NCBI GenBank assembly: GCA_937984095.1
Contig: CALJYH010000121.1
Coordinates: forward strand, 1 to 55,679
Direction of reading: 5' to 3'
Length of the DNA: 55,679 nt
From: an uncultured Gammaproteobacteria bacterium
GTDB lineage: Bacteria; Pseudomonadota; Gammaproteobacteria; GCA-001735895
The notes below the pieces were generated by a model that saw only the letters and a program-made list of their open reading frames with translations, had not been told where the DNA came from and ran no database searches. This document shows, in pieces, positions 7,465 to 16,095 of this stretch. Made by a program: the position numbers and the translations under genes. The first letter of the stretch is position 1. Each line of letters begins with the position of its first letter.

Positions 7465-9264
7465 ATGTTTTTGAAATTCCGGCTTTTCATATTTATCGTG
7501 TTCTTGTTCGCTGGCAACCAGGCGATCGCCCAGTCGGATCGCGAGGATAATTCCTGGTGGTGGAAAGATAGCTGGTGGAACGAGGGCTTGATCGAGGCTC
7601 CTGATAATCATGCGATCGAAACTTCCTGGACCAGTTACATGAGCGGCGAAGTCGAGGTCCCGTCGCTGGTGTTGCGACCAGCTGATGATGGCAAATATCC
7701 AGCTGTTTTGTTCGTGCACGGCCGGCGTGGGCTGGATGAGTTGGTTCAACGTCATGCACGGCGGGTTGCGGCACGCGGCTTCGTGGTGCTGGCGCCCGAT
7801 ATTTACGGGGCGCATTTTCTGGACACCCACCCGCTAGAGCACGATTACGAGCTAGAAAAAGATGTCGACCTGGCAGTCGACGTACTGCTTGATCGTAACG
7901 ACATCAGCACGAACAAGGCCTGCCTTTACTCGCATACCCGCGGAGGTTATTACACCCTCAAGGTGGCAACAACATTTAAGCGGCAGGATAAGGACATCGC
8001 CTGTTATGTTTCGTTTTATCCCCATCTACAGGATCCGAATGCGCCGGAGCCAATGCAAGTGTACGGCTACGCACCCGAGATCGAAGAATTGACGTTGCCG
8101 ATGCTGGTGTTTATTGGTGACGAAGAACAGTATCAGCGGCGGCGCGTGATCGAGACCAGTATCAATGTGCTGCGAGACAGGGGCAGAGATGCGCGACTGA
8201 TCATTTACCCCGGTGTCGGTCGTGGCTTTGATTTTCGCCCAGAGAATGTCCGAACCTTTGCCGACGACCTGGCCTCGAAGGACTCAGTACAGCGGGCGGC
8301 GAAATTTATGCGCCTCCACTTGTCAGCCTTGACCAACAGGGCTGCTTCCGAGGAGCCGTTGACGGGCGAGGCGCTCTACAACAGCGACAAGGCACCTGCA
8401 TCGATGCTCTATGATCTACCCAGGGAGGTAGTGCCCGGGGTATGGTCTGCAATCGGAGCCACCGCACCGGGAACCTATGCTAACTCCGGGCACAACAATA
8501 ACCTGTCATTCGTGATTACGAATGCCGGGGTGCTAGTGGTCAATGCTGGTGACAACTATCTTCTGGCAAAAGCCCTGCACGAGGAAATTAAAAAGATTAC
8601 TGACAAGCCCGTACGCTACGTAGTACTGGAAAACGGTCAAGGGCATGCGATGCTGGGCTCGAGTTACTGGCAGGAGCAGGGTGTGCCTGTGATCGCACAC
8701 ATCGAAGCACTGCACGAGATCGAGGAACAGTCGTTTGCCCTGCTGGAGACGATGCAGGCAAGAGTCAAGGAGAAGGCAGAGGGGACGAGGGTGGTGTTAC
8801 CGGATGAGACCTTCGAGGATAAAAAAATAATCCAGCTGGGCGATGAGCGGATCGAATTACTGAATCTGGGTCCTGCGCACAGTCCAGGTGATATTATCGT
8901 ATGGCTGCCTGGCAAGCAGGTTGTAATCTCGGGTGACATGGCCTTCCACCAACGTATGCTACCCCTGTTCGAACATACGGACTCGGGAGCCTGGATTGAA
9001 ACCTGGGACAAGTTCGAAGCACTGGGCGCCGAGGTGGTGATACCCGGCCATGGCGAGCCAACCGACATGACAACGGTTAGAAAATATACCCGCGATTACC
9101 TCGTGTTCCTTCGAGATAAGGTCGGTGACTTGATCGAGAACGGGGGCACACTGCAGGAAGCCTATCAGATTGACCAGTCTGCATACATGCACCTGCCAAC
9201 CGCAGAGTTCCTGGCGAAGCGCAACGCCGGCCAGGTATTCCAGAGCATGGAGTTCGAGTTTTAA
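7465..9264 (+). CDS. secreted dienelactone-hydrolase-like / MBL-fold fusion protein
   Basis: Signal peptide MFLKFRLFIFIVFLFAGNQAIAQ. The N-terminal half is DLH-like (YPAVLFVHGRRG, VVLAPDIYG). The C-terminal half is MBL-like (GPAHSPGD, VIPGHGEP). The 5' 102 codons of the track ORF (TTG at 7159) are rejected. Confidence 0.7.
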   Translation: MFLKFRLFIFIVFLFAGNQAIAQSDREDNSWWWKDSWWNEGLIEAPDNHAIETSWTSYMSGEVEVPSLVLRPADDGKYPAVLFVHGRRGLDELVQRHARRVAARGFVVLAPDIYGAHFLDTHPLEHDYELEKDVDLAVDVLLDRNDISTNKACLYSHTRGGYYTLKVATTFKRQDKDIACYVSFYPHLQDPNAPEPMQVYGYAPEIEELTLPMLVFIGDEEQYQRRRVIETSINVLRDRGRDARLIIYPGVGRGFDFRPENVRTFADDLASKDSVQRAAKFMRLHLSALTNRAASEEPLTGEALYNSDKAPASMLYDLPREVVPGVWSAIGATAPGTYANSGHNNNLSFVITNAGVLVVNAGDNYLLAKALHEEIKKITDKPVRYVVLENGQGHAMLGSSYWQEQGVPVIAHIEALHEIEEQSFALLETMQARVKEKAEGTRVVLPDETFEDKKIIQLGDERIELLNLGPAHSPGDIIVWLPGKQVVISGDMAFHQRMLPLFEHTDSGAWIETWDKFEALGAEVVIPGHGEPTDMTTVRKYTRDYLVFLRDKVGDLIENGGTLQEAYQIDQSAYMHLPTAEFLAKRNAGQVFQSMEFEF

Positions 9265-9425
9265 CGATTAAAGAATAAATGGCCTTTCGTGGTATATGAC
9301 TAAGGTTTTATGGTTTGTTCTTAAACGCAGACTGTATTCGCTGAGTTGACCACACTGATCGAGTTAGTATTTCTTTATAACAGGCGTTTTCGGTAACATC
9401 GGCCAGAGATACCGAGGGCAGGCAG

Positions 9426-11264
9426 ATGAATCCGTTAAAGGCGCCATTAAACGAATCTGAAATTAGACAAGCGGTTAGCGCTGTTAAACGCGATGCCGGA
9501 CTGGATAGTTCGGCCTGGTTCGAAACTATAAGTCTCGATGAATCGGACCAGTTCCCAGAGCAGCGCAGCGTCTACGTATGCTGCTACGAACCCGCCAGCA
9601 ACCGCACGCTGTCCGGACTGGTCGTACTGGAAACCGATACATTACACGACTGGCATCATATCGAGGGTATGCAGGCGCGCATCGTGCCCGACGAATTTGC
9701 GATGGCCTGTGAACTGGCACGACAGGATCAGAACTTTCAAATGGCATTGAAAAAGCGCGGTCTCGACGATGCCTCAAAAGTCCTGATCGAAAGCTGGTCG
9801 GCAGGTAACTTCGGCAACCCCGAAGAGCAGGATCATCGTATCGCTTACGGCCACTGCTGGTTGATGAACGACGCCGGGGATAATCCCTATGCGCGACCGA
9901 TTGCCAACCTGCACCCGGTGTTTGACCTGGCCAAACACGAGATTATTCGTATTAACGACTTTGGCGTGGTGCCGATTCCGCCCGATCCCGGCCCGATTCG
10001 ACGGCCCCAACAGCGCGGTGATTTAACCGAGATCTCGATTACCCAGCCCGACGGTCCTAGCTTCGACGTCGATGGTTACCAGGTTAAGTGGCACGACTGG
10101 GAATTGCAGGTCGGCTTTGCGCAGCGCGATGGCCTGGTGCTTTACGATATCGGCATTAATGACAAGGGCCGGCTGCGTCCACTCATGAAACGTGCCTCGA
10201 TGGCCGAGATGGTAGTACCCTATGGCGACCCGCGCGGCGCAAATTTTCGCCGCAACGCTTTCGATACCGGCGAATACGGAATCGGCGTTTCGCTCGACTC
10301 GCTTGCCCTTGGCTGCGATTGCCTGGGACATATTCATTATTTCGACATCTGGACCCACGACTGGCACGGAAAACCTCGTTTAATCAAGAACGCGGTCTGC
10401 ATGCACGAAGAGGATTACGGAATTCTCTGGAAGTACTCGGTACCGGCTGCCGGGCAAGCCACGGTGGCGCGCTCGCGTCGACTGGTGATTTCATCTATCG
10501 CAACCATCGGTAATTATGTCTACGGATTCTTCTGGTACTTTTACCTGGACGGCACCATCGGCGTTGAGGTCAAGGCAACGGGCATACCCTTCCCCTCGGC
10601 GCTGGAAAATGACAAACCCGCTCCCTACGGCAGACAAATTGGCGACCAGGTCGAATCGCACGTCCATCAGCACGTGTTCAGTTTTCGCTTCGACATGGCA
10701 GTCGATGGCGAACGCAACTCGGCCAGTGAAATAAACTTCTCAGCATTACCCACTGGTGATGACAACCCTTACGGCAATGCCGTCCGCACCGAGGAAACAC
10801 GCTTTAAGACCGAGCAGCAGGCGCAGCGTGAAATTGATGCACACAGCGCGCGCTACTGGCGGGTGCTAAATCCCAACGTTAACAACCGCTACGGTGAACC
10901 GGTCGCTTACAAACTAATCCCGGGCGCAAACAGCTTTCCGTTTCAACTGCCGGATTCATCGATAGGCCAGCGCGCCGCATTCATGTACAAACACCTATGG
11001 GTAACCCGTTACGCCGCCGATGAACTCTACCCGACCGGCTGGTTTCCAAATCAGCATGCGGGCGGCGATGGGTTGCCAAAATGGACCGAGGCCGACCGCA
11101 GCATCGACAACGAGGACATCGTGATCTGGCATACGGTGAACTACCATCACTGGCCGCGGCCTGAAGACTGGCCAGTGCAACCGGTAGTCTATGCCGGCTT
11201 TCACTGGATGCCGGATGGATTTTTCGATGAAAATCCAACCATGGATATGCCGCGCAGCAAGTGA
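9426..11264 (+). CDS. copper-containing primary amine oxidase
   Basis: Topaquinone-site block SSIATIGNYVYGFFWYFYLDGTIGVEVKATG, Cu-ligand His blocks HVHQHVFSFRFD and WHTVNYHHWPRPEDWP, and AFDTGEYGIG. The length (612 aa) is similar to Arthrobacter-type enzymes. Confidence 0.85.
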   Translation: MNPLKAPLNESEIRQAVSAVKRDAGLDSSAWFETISLDESDQFPEQRSVYVCCYEPASNRTLSGLVVLETDTLHDWHHIEGMQARIVPDEFAMACELARQDQNFQMALKKRGLDDASKVLIESWSAGNFGNPEEQDHRIAYGHCWLMNDAGDNPYARPIANLHPVFDLAKHEIIRINDFGVVPIPPDPGPIRRPQQRGDLTEISITQPDGPSFDVDGYQVKWHDWELQVGFAQRDGLVLYDIGINDKGRLRPLMKRASMAEMVVPYGDPRGANFRRNAFDTGEYGIGVSLDSLALGCDCLGHIHYFDIWTHDWHGKPRLIKNAVCMHEEDYGILWKYSVPAAGQATVARSRRLVISSIATIGNYVYGFFWYFYLDGTIGVEVKATGIPFPSALENDKPAPYGRQIGDQVESHVHQHVFSFRFDMAVDGERNSASEINFSALPTGDDNPYGNAVRTEETRFKTEQQAQREIDAHSARYWRVLNPNVNNRYGEPVAYKLIPGANSFPFQLPDSSIGQRAAFMYKHLWVTRYAADELYPTGWFPNQHAGGDGLPKWTEADRSIDNEDIVIWHTVNYHHWPRPEDWPVQPVVYAGFHWMPDGFFDENPTMDMPRSK

Positions 11265-11349
11265 GATGACGATCGATCGCAAACGCTCATTGCAACCGTG
11301 ATATTCTGAGCCGGGATCGCAAACAATCTGAATCCGGGAAGAGGCAACC

Positions 11350-12876
11350 ATGAATAACAGCAGGCCGAATATACTCGTAATCCAGGCAGACCAACTTGCA
11401 GCGAACTATATCGGGGCCTACCAAAACCCCATTGCGAGTACTCCACACATCGATTCACTGGCTTCGAGCGGTGCTATTTTCGATTCCGCCTATACCAATT
11501 TCCCGCTATGCGCACCCTCGCGTTTTTCAATGATGGCGGGACAGTTGGCTTCGACGATAGGTGCCTACGACAACGGGGCCGAGTTTTCATCGTCGATCCC
11601 GACCTTCGCCCACTACCTGCGCAATCTCGACTACCAGACTTGCCTGGTCGGCAAGATGCATTTCGTTGGCGCAGACCAGTTGCACGGATTCGAACAAAGG
11701 CTGACCACCGATATATACCCGGGTGATTTCGGCTGGACCGGTGACTGGAATGAGGTACGACCAAGCTTTGCTAACGATGCGGTCACGTTTACCAATGCCG
11801 GGGTTTGCCTGCGCAACGTGCAGCTGGAATACGACGACGAAGTCTGTCATCGCGCGCGCCGCAAGATATACGACCTGGCACGCGGCAACGATGATCGTCC
11901 GTTTATGCTGTTCACCTCGTTCACGCACCCGCACGATCCGTTTCAATGCCGACCCGAACACTGGGATCGTTACCGGCATGACGATATCGACATGCCGGTG
12001 GTGAACACCACACAGGACGAGATGGATCCCTACAGCCTGCGACTGATGGCGCAGTATGCACTAAAGGACAACCCTCCCAGCGAGGAGCAGGTGCGCGTGG
12101 CGCGGCATGCTTACTATGGCTCGGTCAGTTACGTCGATGATCAAGTCGGACAGTTACTCGAAGTATTGAAAGAAACCGGCCTGTATGAAAATACCGTCAT
12201 CCTGCTAACAACTGATCACGGCGAGATGCTGGGCGAGCATGGGCTCTGGTACAAGAAATCATTCTTCGAGGAAGCCTGCCGAATTCCATTGATTATCAGC
12301 CATCCTCAGATTAACCACCGTCGCGTCAGTGCAAATGCTTCGCTGGTAGACTTGCTGCCCACCCTGCTTGAAATCGCCGGCGACACAACCCAGTCGACCC
12401 TGGTCGAAGCGGTTGCTGGAAACAGCCTGTGGGGACTTGCAACCGATTCCGAAGCGTCATGGGATCACCCGGTATATGCCGAAAACCTGGCCGAGGGCTC
12501 GACCACGCCGCTACTGATGGCCAAACACGGATCGATAAAATACGTCTACAGCGCGGTCGATCCCGAACAGTTGTTTGACCTTGAAACCGATCCGCACGAG
12601 CAAATCAATCAATTTGAGAACCCGGATTACAGGGATTCGCACGAGACCTTATCGAAACTGGTGCAGCAGCGTTGGAATGTCGAAACCCTGGCGCGCGATA
12701 TCTTTGCCAGCCAGCGTCGTCGCCTGTTCCTGCGCGACGCGCTCGCCAAAGGCCAACTCCACGATTGGGATTTCTCACCGGTCGACGAGCTTGAGCAACA
12801 TTGTTTGCGCGCCGACAAGATTTATTCGCAATGGGCCTACCAGGATATCCTGGGTTACCGATTTCCGAAGACATGA
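11350..12876 (+). CDS. betC: choline-sulfatase
   Basis: Sulfatase formylglycine motif PLCAPSRFSMMAGQ, PNILVIQADQL, LHGFEQRLTTDIYPGDFGWT and TTDHGEMLGEHG. About 508 aa, as in BetC. Confidence 0.85.
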   Translation: MNNSRPNILVIQADQLAANYIGAYQNPIASTPHIDSLASSGAIFDSAYTNFPLCAPSRFSMMAGQLASTIGAYDNGAEFSSSIPTFAHYLRNLDYQTCLVGKMHFVGADQLHGFEQRLTTDIYPGDFGWTGDWNEVRPSFANDAVTFTNAGVCLRNVQLEYDDEVCHRARRKIYDLARGNDDRPFMLFTSFTHPHDPFQCRPEHWDRYRHDDIDMPVVNTTQDEMDPYSLRLMAQYALKDNPPSEEQVRVARHAYYGSVSYVDDQVGQLLEVLKETGLYENTVILLTTDHGEMLGEHGLWYKKSFFEEACRIPLIISHPQINHRRVSANASLVDLLPTLLEIAGDTTQSTLVEAVAGNSLWGLATDSEASWDHPVYAENLAEGSTTPLLMAKHGSIKYVYSAVDPEQLFDLETDPHEQINQFENPDYRDSHETLSKLVQQRWNVETLARDIFASQRRRLFLRDALAKGQLHDWDFSPVDELEQHCLRADKIYSQWAYQDILGYRFPKT

Positions 12877-14228
12877 GCATTCCTGGATTACGCGCTCTTG
12901 CTACGGCGCTACGCAGTGGCGAAATAACTTCGACCAGGCTGGTCGAACAGGCACTGGAACTGGCAGATCAGTCGCACGCGGTATTTACCGCGATCAATCC
13001 CGGACTCTTGAGTCTGGCCGCCTCCATCGACCGTGCCCGCCAGAAATCACCTTCCCAGTCACCGCTTGCCGGCATCCCGATTGCACTCAAGGACCTGTTC
13101 AATGTCAGGAATGAATCCACGCTCGCCGGTTCGATCGTGCGCCAGCATTACGCGCAACCCGAAGCGCAAGACGCCGAGGTCGTAGCACCGCTGCGCGCTG
13201 CCGGGTTGCTGTTCCTGGGTCGCACCAACATGAGCGAGTTCGCGTTCTCCGGGATCGGCAAGAATCCACACTACGGCACGCCTTTGTCAATTTGGGACCG
13301 CGAAACCGGACGGCTACCGGGAGGTTCTTCGTCGGGCAGCGCCGTCGCCGTCGCCGAGGGTATCGTGGCCGCCGCGCTCGGCACTGATACGGCCGGGTCC
13401 TGCCGCATCCCGGCTGCCTTTAACGGCGTGGTCGGCGTCAAGCCCAGCCATGGACGCATGTCGCTTAATGGGATATTCCCGCTATCGCCGACTCTGGATG
13501 CACCGGGACCACTCGCGGTAGACGTCGATAGTTGCTTTATTCTCGATCAGTTAATGTACGGCAAACTACCACCTGCCGCTGCCCTGCCCACATTGCAACC
13601 GGCGGAACTGAAAATCATGAAACTGTTAATCCCGCGAGCTCGCGTGATGGAAGACCTTGAAGATGAAGTGCGGATCGCGTTCGAGCGATCGGTCGAGATA
13701 CTCAGAGCGGCTGGCGTGAATATCGAGGAGACGCCCATGCCCGTGCTAGATCATTGCGATGACTTTTTCATCGAACGCCCGATCGTCGTGTACGAAGTCT
13801 GGCAGCATCATCGTGAAATGCTCGAACAACATCTTGATGAATACGACCCCTTTGTCGGCTTGCGCATGTCGGCTGGCGCTGAAATCAGCGCGGAAGAACA
13901 ACAGCGGCGATATCGTGAAAGAGAACAGATCGTCGACTCCTTTAATAAGCAGTTTGAATCACTGCAGGTCGATGCACTGCTTTATCCAAGCGTGGCCTGC
14001 ATCCCACCGGCAATTGCCGAAACGGATGACGAAGATAATGCCCGGCGGGTTAACCTGCGCTGTCTGCGCAATACCGCGACCGCCAATTATTTTGACGGCT
14101 GCTCGATCAGCCTCCCCTGTCATCAGACGGGTGAACCCCCGGTCGGATTAATGCTATCCGCGGCAAACGGCAACGATGAAAGCCTCTACCAGATCGCGGC
14201 CGCAATCGAAGCCGCATTGAAAACCTAA
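12873..14228 (+). CDS. amidase (amidase-signature family)
   Basis: GGSSSGSAVAVA signature and catalytic Lys context PIALKDLF. ATG 12873 overlaps the betC stop as ATGA. Confidence 0.85.
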   Translation: MSIPGLRALATALRSGEITSTRLVEQALELADQSHAVFTAINPGLLSLAASIDRARQKSPSQSPLAGIPIALKDLFNVRNESTLAGSIVRQHYAQPEAQDAEVVAPLRAAGLLFLGRTNMSEFAFSGIGKNPHYGTPLSIWDRETGRLPGGSSSGSAVAVAEGIVAAALGTDTAGSCRIPAAFNGVVGVKPSHGRMSLNGIFPLSPTLDAPGPLAVDVDSCFILDQLMYGKLPPAAALPTLQPAELKIMKLLIPRARVMEDLEDEVRIAFERSVEILRAAGVNIEETPMPVLDHCDDFFIERPIVVYEVWQHHREMLEQHLDEYDPFVGLRMSAGAEISAEEQQRRYREREQIVDSFNKQFESLQVDALLYPSVACIPPAIAETDDEDNARRVNLRCLRNTATANYFDGCSISLPCHQTGEPPVGLMLSAANGNDESLYQIAAAIEAALKT

Positions 14229-14352
14229 AACCGAATCGAGGGAAAGTTATTAATGAAATTGTCGCTGCATTGTTGCCTTACTGCGATCCAATGCTCCAAT
14301 AGCACGCACGATTGACGACCGGGTCATTCGTGATCAATTTGAGTTCCAGGAG

Positions 14353-14366
14353 TTGATCCAGATCAA
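14353..14366 (+). promoter_or_regulatory. FNR/ANR box upstream of hemN
   Basis: TTGATCCAGATCAA is a perfect match to TTGAT-N4-ATCAA. Its centre lies about 42 nt upstream of 14401. Confidence 0.75.
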
Positions 14367-14401
14367 AACAAACTCACCACCAGGAGTTAGTCTATGTATA
14401 A

Positions 14402-15814
14402 ATGATATACACCCCAGTATTGATGGCCCAAGCACCCCTATTTCAAGAAGACCTGATCAACCGTTATGACAAACCAGGGCCGCGTTATACTTCTTACCCC
14501 CCGGCAACAGAATTTCACGACCAGATTTCGGAATCCGACTATCGTGACTGGGCCAGTTCAAGTAATGAAGAACCTATTCCGAAACCGCTATCGCTCTATT
14601 TCCACATCCCGTTTTGCAGCTCGATCTGCTACTACTGCGCCTGCAACAAGGTCATTACCAAGAGAAAGGAACGTGCCGAGCCCTACCTGCAAGACCTGTA
14701 TCGTGAAATAGAAATTCAGGCCAGTCTGTTTGACCCGGATCGGGAAGTGCGCCAGCTGCATTGGGGTGGCGGTACACCGGGATTCCTGTCGCATCAGCAG
14801 TCGCAACAGTTAATGGAGAATATTGCCAAACATTTTCGGCTGCAATCAGACGGTGACACGGACTACTCGATCGAACTCGATCCCCGCGTCATCGCCAGGG
14901 ACGGAATATCCCACCTGCGCGGACTTGGTTTCAACCGCATCAGTATCGGTGTGCAGGATCTCGATGAGAAAGTGCAAAAAGCAGTCAACCGGCTTCAGAG
15001 CCTGGAAATAACCTCGAGGGTAATCGATGACGCTCGTCGCCACGGTATCCGCTCCATCAACATTGACCTGATTTATGGCCTGCCCCATCAAACCCTGGAA
15101 AGCTTTGCCGTTACGCTCGATCGGATTATCGATCTAAATCCAGACCGAATTGCGATGTATAACTATGCCCACCTGCCACATCGGTTTCCGCCACAGCGTC
15201 GTATCCAGGTGGAAGATTTACCGGATGCAGCCGAGAAACTGGCGATTCTGCATAGCGCGATCGACAAACTATGCACCGCGGGTTACGAATATATCGGTAT
15301 GGACCATTTCGCCCGACCAGAGGACGAGCTTGCGGTGGCGCAGCGCGGCGGCAGTCTGCATCGAAATTTCCAGGGATATTCTGCCCACGCGCAGTGTGAT
15401 TCGATCGGTTTCGGTGTGTCTGCCATCAGTCACGTCAGTGACAACTTCAGTCAGAACACCACCAGCCTCGACTCCTATCATGACAGCCTTGATCAACAGC
15501 AGCTTCCGGTGGTGCGGGGATACCAAAGCGACGAAGATGACCTGCTGCGCCGCGAGATTATCCAGAGCCTGGTCTGCCATTTTTATCTCGATATGCAGCG
15601 TATTTCGTCGCGCTGGGGAATCGACTTTAGCGACCACTTCGCAGATGAACTGAAACAACTGCGCGACATGGAGCAGGACGGACTGGTCAATGTGACTGAC
15701 AATCAGGTTATGGTGCGTGAAGCGGGCCGTTTGCTGGTGCGCAACATCTGCATGATATTTGACCGTTACCAGCGGGATGGCAAAAGCGGCGGATCATTCT
15801 CGCGAACTGTTTAA
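14402..15814 (+). CDS. hemN: oxygen-independent coproporphyrinogen III oxidase
   Basis: GPRYTSYP, radical-SAM CSSICYYCAC and a HemN C-terminal domain. The start is either ATG 14402 or ATG 14423. Confidence 0.9.
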   Translation: MIYTPVLMAQAPLFQEDLINRYDKPGPRYTSYPPATEFHDQISESDYRDWASSSNEEPIPKPLSLYFHIPFCSSICYYCACNKVITKRKERAEPYLQDLYREIEIQASLFDPDREVRQLHWGGGTPGFLSHQQSQQLMENIAKHFRLQSDGDTDYSIELDPRVIARDGISHLRGLGFNRISIGVQDLDEKVQKAVNRLQSLEITSRVIDDARRHGIRSINIDLIYGLPHQTLESFAVTLDRIIDLNPDRIAMYNYAHLPHRFPPQRRIQVEDLPDAAEKLAILHSAIDKLCTAGYEYIGMDHFARPEDELAVAQRGGSLHRNFQGYSAHAQCDSIGFGVSAISHVSDNFSQNTTSLDSYHDSLDQQQLPVVRGYQSDEDDLLRREIIQSLVCHFYLDMQRISSRWGIDFSDHFADELKQLRDMEQDGLVNVTDNQVMVREAGRLLVRNICMIFDRYQRDGKSGGSFSRTV

Positions 15815-15909
15815 ATGACAGCTGCTTTAGTTGACATGGATCAATAAGCCGGACCCGCATCGTCTTATAATTCCTTTCGACTCCTACTCTTAACTACATC
15901 TTAGAGTAT

Positions 15910-16095
15910 TTAGCCGGCATCTCCCCGCCGGCTATTTTTTTGCGTATCGACAATCCGGTCCTCGTCCATCAGGATACGATGCGCAGGACCTTCGAGGTCG
16001 TCGTACTGCCCGTCTCGAACCGCCCACAGTAAAATCCACACGATCACTCCCAGCAATATCAGCGAGATTGGAATCAACAGGTAGATTATTTCCAT
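15910..16095 (-). CDS. ccoS: cbb3 oxidase maturation protein CcoS
   Basis: 61 aa with a single TM helix, MEIIYLLIPISLILLGVIVWILLWAVRDGQYDDLEGPAHRIL, typical of CcoS/FixS. TAATG junction with ccoI. Confidence 0.85.
   Translation of the reverse strand: MEIIYLLIPISLILLGVIVWILLWAVRDGQYDDLEGPAHRILMDEDRIVDTQKNSRRGDAG
15912..15941 (+). terminator. rho-independent terminator for hemN
   Basis: AGCCGGC (15912-15918) pairs with GCCGGCT (15927-15933), followed by A plus T7. It lies inside the 3' coding end of ccoS on the other strand. Confidence 0.6.

Noticed and set aside
14394-14405. Mini-ORF ATG TAT AAA TGA with GGAG upstream, overlapping hemN ATG 14402
   Set aside because: At three codons it is likely upstream of, or at, the FNR-dependent transcript start. 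It cannot be distinguished from chance.
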